Positions 11,665-23,728 of a DNA stretch of 64,000 bases are shown one piece after another. Each line of letters begins with the position of its first letter. The stretch's first letter is position 1. The DNA lies in NCBI RefSeq assembly GCF_009914755.1, contig NC_060936.1. One strand, written 5' to 3'. Both the position numbers and the translations under genes were made by a program. This DNA comes from the human T2T-CHM13v2.0 reference genome, Homo sapiens. The notes beneath the pieces are model-generated. The model worked only from the letters and a program-made list of their open reading frames with translations, was not told the DNA's origin and did no database searches.

Positions 11665-12995
11665 TAAGCATTAGCTTATGCAGTTATTTTACAACTTAGA
11701 AGAAAAAAGAGTTACAAACAAAATATATTTATGCTTTAAAAATATTGCTTTCCTATGCAGTGCTCTTTGCAGTGCTCATTATTTATTTTGTTTGGCGATA
11801 CTGTATTGTTTCCTTTCACTTCAGCCTGAAGGACTCCCTTGAGAGTTTCATGTGGGCAAGACAACTAGTGAAAAATTACCTGTTTTTGTTTGGTTGTTTG
11901 TTTTGTTTTGTTTTCAATCTGGGAATGTCTTAAGGTCTTCTTCATTTTTTGAAGGATAATTTAGCTAATATAGAATTTTTGGTTGTCAGTCTTTTGCTTC
12001 AACCTTTTGATGATGTTATCTTAGTGCCTTTTGAATTCCAGGTTTCTAATGAGAAACCATACACCAATCTTATTGTACATCTCTTTTTTTGTGTTGAGGC
12101 ACTTTTTCCTTGCACTTTTCAAGATCCTCTCTTCTTTTTTAGCTCTTTATGGTTGGATTTGTATATGTCTGTGTTGATCTTTATCAGTTTATTCTATTGG
12201 GTGTTCATTGAGCTTCTTGAATGTGTAGATTAACGTTTTTCATCAAATGTGAGAAGTTTTGGCTATAAAATTTTAAATAATAGCCATTCCTTCTGGGATT
12301 CTCATTATGAATGTGTTGGTATCCACAAGTCTCTGAGCTTTTGCTTATTTATATTTATTTATTACTTTTAAATTTGTGTCCTCAGGCTAAATAAGTATAA
12401 TTGACTTATTTTTCAAATTCACGGATACTTCCTTCTACCAGTTCAAATCTGCTGTTGAGTTTTTCTAGTGCATTTTCATTTACTTAAAATGCTCTTCAAC
12501 TACTGGATATCTTTTTAAAAAATATTCTTATCTCATTGTTGATACTCTCTATTTCCTGAAATAGTATTCTCATACTGTAGTTCTTTATACAATGTTTTCT
12601 TTAGTTCTTTGAGCATATTTAAAATAACTGATTACATCTTTGTCTAGTAAGTCCTACAGATGTGCTTTTTCATGGGCAATTTCTGTCTATTTCTTTGTTA
12701 TTCCTGTATATGTATCTAACTTTCATGATCCTTTACATGTCATAAATTTTGTAGAAAATTGGACATTTTAAAAATATAATGTGACAACTCTAGAAATAAG
12801 ATTCTATCCTTTTCTCATTGTTTATAGTTATTGCTATTTGTTATCGCTTTTGGTGTTGTTTCTTTTTATTTGCCTAATGGCTTTCCTGAATTAATTTTGT
12901 AAGTCAATATTTATCATCATGTATAGCCACCGAAGTCTCTGCTTGATTAGTTTGGTGACTAGCTATTTATAGTGCATAGATTTCCTTAAATGTCA

Positions 12996-15276
12996 TGTTT
13001 AAGTCAATTTTCACATTGCTGATAAAGCCAAACCTGAGACTGGGCAATTTACAAAAGAAAGAGGTTTATTGGACTCAACAGTTCTACATGGCTGGAGAGG
13101 CTTCACAATCACGGTAGAAGGTGAAAGACATTTCTTAAATGGCGGCAGCAAGAGAGAAGAGAGCTTGTGCAGGGAAACTCCCCTTTTTAAAATTATCAGA
13201 TCTTGTGAGCCTTGTTTGCTATCGCAAGAACAGCATGGGAAAGACCTGCCCCCCATGATTCAGTTATCTTTCATTGGGTCCCTCGCACAACACGTGGGAA
13301 TTCCGGGAGCTACAAGATGAGATTTAAGTGGGGACACATAGCCAGACCATATCATTCCACTCCTGGCCCCTCCCAAATCTCATGTCTTCACATTTCAAAA
13401 CCAATCATGCCTTCCTTGCAGTCCCCCAAAGACTTAACTGTTTTCAGCATTAACTCAAAAGTCCACTCTCCAACGTTACATCTGAGACAAGGCAAGTCCC
13501 TCCCATCTATGAGCCTGTAAAATCAAAAGCAAGTTAGCTACTTCCTAGATACAATGGGGATATAGGCATTGGGTAAATACAGCCATTCCAAATGGGAGAA
13601 ATTGGCCAAGACAATGGGACTCCAGGCCCCATGCAAGTCTGAAATGCAGCAGGGCAGTCAAATCTTAAATCTCTAAAATGATCTCCTTTGACTCCATGTC
13701 TTGCACCCAGGTCACACTGATGCAAGAGGTTCCCATGATCTTGGGCAGCTCTGTCCCTGTGGCTTTGCAGGGTACCGCCTCCCTCCTGGCTGCTTTCACA
13801 GACTTCTATTGAGTGTCTGCACCTTTTCCTGGCACATGGTGCAAGCTGTTGGTGGATCTACCATTCTGGGGTCTGGAAGACAGTGCCCCTCTAGTCCCAG
13901 CTCCACTAGGCTGTGCCCCATGGGGAACTCTGTGTGGGAGCTCCCACCCTACATTTGACTTGCACACTCTCCCAGCAGAGGTTCTCCATGAGCACCCTGC
14001 CCCTGCAGCAAACTTCCAATTGGACATCCAGGCATTTCCATACATCCTGTGAAACCTAGGCAGAAGTTCCCAAACCTCAGTTCTTGACTTCTGTGCACCT
14101 GCAGGCTTAACACCACATGGAAGCTGCCAAAGTGTGGGGCTTGCACCATCAGAAGCCATGGCCTGAGGTGTACCTTGGCCACTTTTAGTCATGGCCAGAG
14201 AGGCTGGGATGCAGAACATCAAGTCCCTAGACTGCATACAGCAAAGAGCCTATGGTTCTGGTCCACAAAACCATTTTTTACTCCTAGGTTTGCAGGCCTG
14301 TGATGGGAGGGGCTACCGCAAAGGTCTCTGACATGACCTGAAGACATTTACCCCATTGTCTTGGGTATTAAGATTTGGCTCCTCATAACTTTGCAAATTT
14401 CTGCAGCCAGCTTGAATAAAAAATCCCTCAGAAGATGGGATTTTCTGTTCTATCACATTGTCAGGCCACACATTTTTCATACTTTTATGCTGTTTCCCTC
14501 TAAAACCGAATGCCTTTAACAGCACCCAAGTCACCTCTTGAATGCTTTGCTGCTTAGAAATTTCTTCCACCAGAAACCCTAAATCATCTCACTCAAGTTC
14601 AAAATCCCACAAATCTCTGGGACAGGGGAAAAATTCCACCAGTTTCTTTGCTAAAACATAGCAAGAGTCACCTTTGTTTCGGTTCCCAACAAATTCCTCA
14701 TCTCCATCTGAGACGACTTCAGATGGAGTTGTCCACATCACTCTCAGCATTTTGGTCAAAGCCATTTGACAAGTCTCTAGGGAGTTCCAAACTTTCCCAC
14801 ATTTTCCTATCTTCTGAGCTGTCCAAACTGTTCCAATCTCTGCCTGCTACTGAGTTCCAAAGTTGCTTCCACATTTTGAGGTATCTACAGCAGTGCCCAC
14901 TCTATTGGTACCAATTTTCTGTGTTAGTCTGTTTTCACACTGCTGATAAAGGCATACTCAAGACTGGGCAATTTACAAAAGAAACAGTTTTATTGGACTC
15001 ACAGATGTACATGGGTGGGGAAGCCTCACAATCATAGAAGAAGGTGAAAGGCACTTCCTATATGGTGGCAGCAAGAGAGAAGAGAGATTGTGCAGGCAAT
15101 CTTTCCTTTTTAAAACTATAAGATCTCATGAGACTTACTTGCTATTACAAGAATAGCACGGGAAAGAGCTGCCCCCATGATTCAATTATCTTTCACTGGT
15201 TCCCTCCCATAACACATAGGAATTATGGGAGCTACAAGATGAGATTTGGGTGGGGACACAGAGCCAAACCACATCA
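12996..15276 (-). mobile_element. Full-length THE1 (THE1A/B-like) MaLR: LTR 12996-13354, internal 13355-14919, LTR 14920-15276
   Basis: two ~360 bp direct LTRs (gagactgggcaatttacaaaagaaa...ggggacaca-agcca-acca-atca) flanking a ~1.56 kb THE1-int; PPT complement (ccactcctggcccctccc) next to the left LTR; degenerate TSD tgtca/ttcca. Confidence 0.95.
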
Positions 15277-15532
15277 TTCCATGAACAATTATGTCCCTCT
15301 GGATTCTCAATGGGCTAAATGTGTGTTATGGTGTGTGTTCAGTGCTCAGACACCCAATTTATAACTGTAACATAACCTTCAGTTCTTCTTTCCCAGTGCC
15401 TCATAGTCTGCCAGAGGTGAGAATCTAGGGCCTTCTCAGATATTTCCTGGGTGCATAAACAACCTCATACACGCATGTTCCTTCTAGATTCCCAGGAATA
15501 TATTGGGACATTTCAACCTCTTGAAACCTCTT

Positions 15533-15760
15533 CTAGGTTTGCAGATTACCAACTTTTTGTTGTATCCTCACATGCAGAAGAAGATGAGAGAGCTTTCCAG
15601 GATCTCTTCCATAAGGGCACTACTCATTTAAAAGGGATCCAGCCTCATGACCTAATTACATGTCAAAGGCCCTACCCCCTAATACCATCACTATCACGTT
15701 GTAAGTTAGGACTTCAACATATAAATGGGAGAAGGGGCACATACCTTCAGTCTCTTGTAA
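15533..15760 (-). mobile_element. MLT1A-like LTR fragment
   Basis: tcctcacatg...ataagggcacta...cctcatgacctaatta...ccctaataccatcac. Confidence 0.65.
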
Positions 15761-16614
15761 ATGACCATTTTAAGTAGATGGGTGTTTTGGAGGAGCTCCA
15801 ATCTCATGATGTCCCCTTCAGTTGATATTAGCACGCTTGTTTTCACCATAGTGGTGGAGCTGTGCTTTCTAAGGCTAGTGCAGAGCTGAAGAGAGAGAGA
15901 TGGGAATAGGGATAATTACAAACAAAATATAGTTTACTATTCTCTATATTTAGCCATTTGTCTTAAATAAATACTTTCAGGTTCTTGTAAACTGTTGGTT
16001 AACTTTTAGGTTTCTAAAAAACTTATTTTGACAGTTTTTGCCAGTGCTTTTATTAAATAAATAGGCTAACTTTGGATCCCACCCTAACACAAAGAAATTA
16101 CAGTAAATATATTTTTTCCTTCTTCTGTTTTCAAAAACTACAACAAAAAATGTATAATGATCTACAAAAATTGCAACTTGGTTCATCTAAGGCAAACTAA
16201 ACCATCATTAGTATGTTAGAGCAAAATTGAAAAATTGTCAGACCTATGAATATGTCCAAAAAGAGAAGTATACCTCTTTAATCAGACTAAATTGGCCCTA
16301 GTGAAAGATAAAAATTGCATTAATTGAAAAAACAGTTGAAAAAGAAAGTAAAGTGTTCCAACAAAGAGAAGATGGTCAGTAGGGTCAGAGTACTGCTGGG
16401 AGGCACAATTCAAGTGTAGAATTTGTCCAAGGACAAGTGACATCCTCTACCTCTTCAACTTTCTCTGGACACACATGTGTTATCCTTGTTTACAGCTTTT
16501 TACATGATTTTTGTATAATAACTAAATCCAGCTAAAATAGCATGAAGACAAAAGAGTGGAATAGGCACTCTTTATACTCAAAATCTCTTTACTTGGGGTA
16601 AAACTACAATTGCT

Positions 16615-16830
16615 GGTAATGAAGAGCACAAGCTTTGAAGAGAATCAAATCTAAATTTAAATTTGACTCCTCTACTTAATAGTTCTGTGACATTAAGTTC
16701 CTTACTCTCTGGAAACCTTATTTTTCTCATAGGTAAAATCTAGAACTTTGTAATAAACTAAATAATGTATGTAAAACTTTTAGTTAGGTGTCTAGCATAT
16801 AAGGAATGCTAAATAAATGATAGCTATGAT
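16615..16830 (+). mobile_element. MIR SINE (with L2/MIR tail)
   Basis: gactcctctacttaatagttctgtgac...ccttactctctggaaaccttattttctcataggtaaaat. Confidence 0.55.
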
Positions 16831-18013
16831 TTATGTGAGTATTAGTATAGCCTATAATAAATGTCTGTTTTTATAACTGAGGAGTTCTCTTGAGTCAGCA
16901 GTTTTAAAAAAAAACACATAAATTTAAATAAGGTCTGGTATTCAGACCTTATTATTTTACATGTAAATGTGAACCATATACAACTTGACCAATAGTTAAT
17001 TTATGTATTGCAATAAACAAGTGAGTATAACCAAAGTGTGGTTCTATCACTCCTACTTTTTTGTGTTATTGGAAAAAAAATCCAGAGTTCTTTAAGATGA
17101 AAGGCTGAATAATTTTATTCATTGTGTTGCTATCTTATTGTTCTTGCTTTGTGTCTCTATAGGTCTGAATTGTTTTCTAATGTGTCATAACATTTTCTTC
17201 TGTTTATACCATGCTTGTTTTTGTCTGATATCAGATCAAGTACACTACTGCGGAAAAGTCTTGACATCCTTCAACATGACTTTATAATCACTCATCATTC
17301 AAACTCAGCTATACAATCTGTATCTGAAACATTGTTACTGTTATAAATATTTCTTTCCTAATTACCATTTCATAGATCAACAGAATATTACATTTTCTTT
17401 CTCACAAAAACAAAATAATAATTGTCACTACCAATTATTGAGGATCAACTATAAGGTAGGCACTGACCCAGTCCCAGGAATAATAATAACAATGAGTACT
17501 CTATATTGAGAAAGGTTTTATGCATATCTCATTAGTCTATACAACAAACGTATAAATGAAGTATTCTTATTTTAGCAGTGAGAACAATGAGATTTTTGAA
17601 AGCTACATGAGTAGAAAATTGAAGAGCTTTATTTTTAATCTAGTTCAAAATACATGCTCTTTATATTTTACCATACAGCCACTCCATATAAATGCAGGCA
17701 AAAATATTTCCCTTTAAGTCATATTGTTACAAAGGTCTTCTCCAGTGATGTTGGAGTGACATTATAGGTTGCTTGTAAATGTAACAATTGTTTTCAAATT
17801 TATCATTGCTTCTAAGACTGTTCTGCTTTACTTAAAACTGTTCTTGTTGGTTGACTATTGATTCCTCCTCTCATGCATATCTTGCTCTTCCTTCTATATG
17901 TCTTTTACCCATGACATCTGGCGTTAAATATATTTAATGGTTTCATAGTCATTAACATATAAATTATGCTAGATCCCACTCTTACACTCCTTGTTCCGTA
18001 AGTTATCCAGCAC

Positions 18014-18054
18014 TGTGTCAGTTAGTAAGCATGCATACCCACACAAAACACACA

Positions 18055-18097
<43 letters not shown>

Positions 18098-18475
18098 CAA
18101 TACTACTGAATAAACCACCTCAAAATCCTATGGGTTAAAACAATAATTTTTCTCATAGTCTGGGGGTCAACTGAGGGTAAGCAGATTTGGCTGGACTCAG
18201 CTAAAAGTCTTGCTGATCTCAGCTGATGGCATTCAGGCATCTGAAAATAGACTGATAAAGATTGAGTTCTACCCCTACTTTTTTTTCCCATATGCAATAT
18301 TTGGCTTGCTGGACGTTTTATTTCATTGTGATGTAATATGCACAAAAGAGGATCACCAACAGTGCAAGTACTTTTCAAACCTCTGCTTTTATAACTTCTG
18401 CTAAAATTATATTGGACAAAACAAGTCTCTGAATTCTCTGAATCCTGGATAAAAATGTAGACTGCTACAGTTAAC
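18014..18475 (-). mobile_element. Old MLT1 (F/G/H-like) LTR containing a (CA)n
   Basis: tgtgtcagttag...aaaccacctcaaaa...ttaaaacaataatttttctcatagtctgggggtcaactg. Confidence 0.5.
18040..18095. repeat. (CA)n microsatellite
   Basis: direct reading, ~19 pure units plus an interrupted 5' part. Confidence 0.97.
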
Positions 18476-19186
18476 ATTACATCTCATACATCTGGATGGC
18501 TTATGACATACACAAATCTACTCTGGAGCCAGTTCATTCTCGTCATAGTTCAGGAAGAGCCATTGCACTAAATTTACTATCAACCTTACCTACCAACAGA
18601 AAAATAATGTTCACACAATTCAGTCTTCTTCCTTGTATGTAATGGTGAATTAAGATAGGAGTCATTAGCATACCATCCTCATTTGTTTACTACACAAATA
18701 AATGGGCCACCTCTCTTTAGTTTTCACCTTTTTGGGGAGCATGATATAAAGGGTAATTCATTCATGAGAAATATGTAAGTGAACTAAAAATAATTGAAAT
18801 TGTCAGTCTGCAAATTACCCAGGTTGGTGCAGAAACACTTTCAACAGTGAGGAAGGTGTTTCTTAAATATATTATATTGCTTGTCCCCAAATAGCTGTCA
18901 TTTCTGTATATTCTCTGTATAAGAAAATAGAAAAAGGTATTAAAGTAAGGAAAGTTGGTGAATTATGATTAATAGCAAATGTGTGGTGATAATTTCAAAT
19001 TTGACTTGAGATAAAGCTTAAATAATTGTTTTAATAACACAGATAAGGTAGAAGTTTTCCTTTTAAGATGTATATATACCTATATCTACGTATAAATACA
19101 TGTATCTCAAGCTAATATAAATAAAGCTAATTTATATTGATATGAAGCTATTTTATATGTATATATACTTAAGTATATATATATTT

Positions 19187-19677
19187 AAAATTATTTGCAT
19201 CTGGAAGAACTTATTGTCTTTGTATAGCATATCAAATAATTCCAGAATTTCATGTGTATTTCCTATTTAGTAAAACTCATATTATTTTTCCATTCAATAC
19301 TGGAAGGTAAACAGTTTATCTTGAAAATCAGCTGGAAACTTTTGACAGATACTTCATCATTGCCTGAGTGACAGCTTTCTCTGACACATCAATGAATCCT
19401 TGGTCTTCCCAAGGCTTGTGAATTCTCTGATGGTCTGAAGGGATTTGGCTATTTCTACTTCTTAAACTGAATTACTGGGCTTATAACAGAGAATTACTGT
19501 TATATATAATAGTTGTTTATTTTAAGAATGTTTCACACCATAATCTTTGGAATAAATTTTCAGGCCCAATTTCTATAATTTAAACTAAAATTTGCCGCCT
19601 CTTCAAATAATTCAACTGAAGGAAATTAGATGAGAATATGAAATACGTCTTCAGTACCCTTCTCTTCTAATTCATCT

Positions 19678-19729
<52 letters not shown>

Positions 19730-20030
19730 CGACAATGACAACAATCAGAGAGTCAACACTGACTTCTTAGCCCCTAGATAGGCAGATGTCATTTTACTTT
19801 GATTCCAATTTCAAAAATATTTAGCATCTTAAAATAATGAACCCAGAAATTCAACAAATAGGGTCCCTTATCTTTCATTAAATTAACATCATTTTAAAAG
19901 CAAACATATTGGTTGAAGTGATTTGTTACATGATCTTCAATATAATTAAACTACATGATTAAAATAAAAATATATAATTTGTATTCAGCATTAGTTCATT
20001 ATATAACACAATTTTACTCTGAAATGACAT
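19187..20030 (+). repeat. Left arm of a long inverted duplication
   Basis: reverse complement aligns colinearly with 21085-21892; exact 48-bp block 19309-19356 = rc(21724-21771) and exact 42-bp block 19221-19262 = rc(21816-21857). Confidence 0.95.
19683..19728. repeat. (CA)n microsatellite, ~23 units
   Basis: direct reading. Confidence 0.97.
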
Positions 20031-20643
20031 TAATTATTGGCCTACAATTAGAGACCAGGCTTTTACAAAGTTGAAAATGATTGATAGTATACTCTTAGGA
20101 TCATATAATACTAAAATCATTCAATTATTTATTTCTAGATATACAGTCACCCTCAAAGCATGTATGTATAGATTTTATGAATCACTTAACCATTTTGCAT
20201 CTCTTTCCATATGTTAAATATGTCAATAATACACATGTCAAAAGCATAACCATTAATAACCTTACAGAGGTATAATTTAAGTAACTTTAAATCATTACAG
20301 TCACCTTCCAGTTGCCAGGCTGTCTTGAAAATATGTAATTGTTAAGTTGATGCTATAGTAACTGTCAATGTTTCTAATGGCAACCAAGAAAAGCAATCTT
20401 GAAGTTTAGCATTTTGAAAAGATTCAAAGGAAAAAAATTGGAAAAAATTATCTGACTACCTCTAACAATATTATGAAAAACAGCAAAGAGAACAGTTTGA
20501 AAATGTGTAAGTCCTATGCAAATTTGTTGACATGGTTCTAAGGATAGCTTTAATTTTCCCAAAGACAACTATTTGAGCCACTATAATTACTTTAATGTGC
20601 TTTTATTTTTGTTTAGACAAAAATTATAATTAGTTATAATTGG

Positions 20644-20647
20644 GTTT

Positions 20648-20686
<39 letters not shown>

Positions 20687-20970
20687 TTGAGACAGAGTCT
20701 TGCTCTGTCACCCAGGCTGGAGTGCAGTGGCTCCATCTGAGCTCACTGCAAATTCCACCTCCTGGATTCAAGCAATTCTCCCTCCTCAGCCTCCCAAGTA
20801 GCTGAGATTATAGGCGCCCACCACCACGCCCAGCTAATTTTTGTATTTTTAGTAGAGATATGGTTTCACCCCATTGGCCAGGCTGGTCTTGAACTCCTGA
20901 CCTCAAGTGATCTGCCCGCCTCGGCCTCCCAAAGAGCTGGGATTATAGGCGTGAGCCACCACACTTGGCC
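20644..20970 (-). mobile_element. AluS (Sx/Sz-like) with (GTT)n tail, in the inverted-repeat spacer
   Basis: gagacagagtcttgctctgtcacccaggctgg...ctcctgacctcaagtgatctgcccgcc...gtgagccaccacacttggcc. Confidence 0.95.
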
Positions 20971-21084
20971 TGTCTAAATATAATTGTTGATTCATTCATT
21001 ACAGTATTTAAAGCAAGGTTGTGAAAGTTTTGATAGTCTACTATACTTTTTAAATGAGGTATACTTCTCTTACAGTAGGAATGC

Positions 21085-21892
21085 ATGTCTTTTTAGAATA
21101 AAATTGTGTTATATAATAAATTAATGCTGAATACAAATTATGTATTTTTATTTTAACCATACAGTTTAATTGTATGGAAGATCACGTAATAAATCATTTC
21201 AACCAACACAATTTTGCTTTTAAAATTATGTTAATTTAATGAAAGATAAGAGACCTTATTTGTTGAATTTCTAGGTCTGTTCTATTAAAATGCTAAACAT
21301 TTTTGAAACTGGAATCAAAGTAAGGTGATTTCTGCCTATCTAGTGGCTAAGAAGTCAGTGCTGACTCTCTGGTTGTTATTGTCATTGTGTGTGCGTGTGT
21401 GTAGATGAATTAGAAGGGAAGGGTGCTGAAGACATGTTCTCATCCAATTGTCCTCAGTTTAATTATTTGAAAAGATGGCAAAATTTAGTTTAAAGTATAC
21501 CTGAATCCCTAATTGTGCCTAAAAATTTATTCCAACGATTATGCTATGGAGTATTCTTAAAATTAAAACTATTGTGTATACCAATCATTCTCTATCATAG
21601 TCCAGCAATTCAGTTTAGAAAGTAGAAATAGCCAAATCTCTTCAGACCATCAGAGAATTTATAAACCTTGGGAAGGCCAAAGATTTATTGATGTGTCGCA
21701 GAAAGCTGTCACTCAGGCATTGGTGAAGTATCTGTCAAAAGTTTCCAGCTGATTTTCAAGATAAACTGTTTGCCTTCCAGCATGGAAGAGAAAAATAATG
21801 AGTTTTACTAAATAAGAAATACACATGAAATTCTGGAATTATTTGATATGCTATACAATGACAATCAATTCTTCAAGACGCATATAATTTCA
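21085..21892 (-). repeat. Right arm of a long inverted duplication
   Basis: see left arm; carries a shorter (TG)n at ~21386-21402 at the position matching the left-arm (CA)n. Confidence 0.95.
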
Positions 21893-22455
21893 AGATAATA
21901 AGCACAGGCTTTGTCAGCTTACACTGTGCAAACTCCTAGAAGTGATTCAGATGATCATTTAGACTGATTAGGAGTAAGGAAGAGATCTCCTGTGATATTA
22001 AAGTGAACTGATGTTATACGGAATTATACTTTTCTAGTTGTCTTTTTAAATATGTATATTTTGTTTTTTCATAGAGCTTCTAAGAAATGGGTGATGTGTT
22101 TCACAATTTACAATGTCTATAAATAGAGGAAATGTATACTTTACAAAGAAAAATACCTGTCCAATTACATTTTATTTGTAAATGCTCTTTCTAAAATGAT
22201 TGAAATCACATTTTCCATCTTGAGAAGGCAGAAATTTTTCATAGAATTTTCTTGATCTACTTTATTATATTGAAAAACTTTTCTCATAAAGTCATAGGTA
22301 AGCTTTTATTGAGCTTTGTCTTTACTTTGTCTTATTATTACTAATTCAATATTTTTTCTTTCCCTACTTTTTCTATGAATCTCTCAAGTTATAATCTATA
22401 GTTTCCTCTGACATTCTACATTTATTATTGTATTATCAGGACATAATATCTATTT

Positions 22456-22673
22456 CAGTTTCTCAACTTCAGCACTAATGACATTATGTGTCATGTAATT
22501 CTTTGTTGTGGGGAACTGTCTTGTGCATTGTAGCATATTTAGCAACATCTCTGGCCGCTACCCACTAGATGTCAGCAGCAAAACCTCCTTACCCCATCTG
22601 TGACAACCAAAATTATCTCCAGACACTGCCAAATGTTCTCTGGAGGGCAAAATGACTCCACTTGAGAACTACT
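22456..22673 (-). mobile_element. MER20 (hAT-Charlie)
   Basis: cagtttctcaacttcagcacta-tgacatt...ctacccactagatgtcagcagc...tgtgacaaccaaaattatctccagacactgccaaatgt...ttgagaact. Confidence 0.9.
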
Positions 22674-23666
22674 AATCTATATAGTACTTGTTACATGGCT
22701 TGGTAAAGTTTACATACGGAACTATGATTCATAACCCAGGTCTCTCTAGTTCTTAAAAAACCCAGGTCCCTCTATTTCTTACAGTTTGTGTGATCTTGGG
22801 CCTCAGTTTTGTAACCTCTGAAATGTAAATAATACATTTCTTATAGAATTGTTATTTAAATTGAATGGGATAGTATATGTTTTAAAAATAACAATTTATA
22901 CCTTTTACTATAAAGAAAATTTAAAAGTAGCATTTAGGGACAAAAGGAAGAGAGACCATATCTAGAGTTGTTTATGTATATATTATTATCATTTCAGTCC
23001 AACAATTTTGAAAATTACTTGTTTTATCTTGTAAAGTCGTTATTGGCGTGTATTTTTGATCCGACTTCTTGCTCTTTTCATTCATTTTCTTAGACACAAT
23101 ACTTTGTAAAGGTATAAAACTTTTGGTCACCTTCCTTGTTATAATTCCTCATGTAATTGAGTAAAAGTTTTGAGTTGCATAGCATACTATAATTACACTC
23201 AACTATGCCCGTTATTTTATGCGTTCATTATTCGTTCCAACTACTAGCCTTAACGTTCAATCTTGTTATTTCTCTTCATGCATTGACCACTGAAATTTGT
23301 TCCTACTCTAATAGGGAATTAGACACCGGAAGTGATATCCATTTGTGTGTATCATATCTTTCATTGGTCAACATAACTTAATTTTTACCAGCCTTGAATA
23401 TTAGCCAGCCTTTAGTGGCCTGATCTGACTCAAGTGTCATGAAAAATTGGGAATGGGAAAAACTCTTAGGAGACTATTTCAGTAATCTGAAAGAACAATG
23501 ATAACAAAGAAGAGATTGATATTAGAGCTATGTAGATATGAATCAGGTTGGATATCAATGATGAGCAAAATGATGGCATCTGAAGTAACTTAAGGTTTGT
23601 GGGACATGAATGACTTATTAGACTGAAGAATCGTGGGAGAAAAGATGTGTGCATTTTGCTATCTAA

Positions 23667-23728
23667 CTATATATGTATATGTAGGTATGTACACACATAT
23701 GTCTTTATATATATGTATGCATATATAG
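23667..23728. repeat. (TA/TG)-rich low-complexity tract
   Basis: tatatatgtatatgtaggtatgtacacacatatg... Confidence 0.6.

Larger units (their letters stand above)
10478..16065 (-). mobile_element. Old L1M (L1MC/MD-like) ORF2 5'/ORF1 region, interrupted by MLT1A and THE1 insertions
   Basis: gaagaatgttccatgtgc...gaagaatgtgtactct; ctagtatagccactccagctttctttt; aatctgggaatgtctt...tttttgaaggata; cttctaccagttcaaatctgctgttgag; outer boundaries approximate. Confidence 0.7.

Noticed and set aside
13011-15364. Cluster of 63-143 aa ORFs in THE1 (and similar ORFs at 38568-39322 and 50749-52656)
   Set aside because: Chance or broken frames in MaLR LTR/internal sequence; no intact long ORF
19187-21892. Inverted repeat interpreted as a DNA transposon with long TIRs
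   Set aside because: No TSD visible at the outer ends and no transposase remnant in the spacer (only a 64-aa ORF); not fully excluded without a Dfam search
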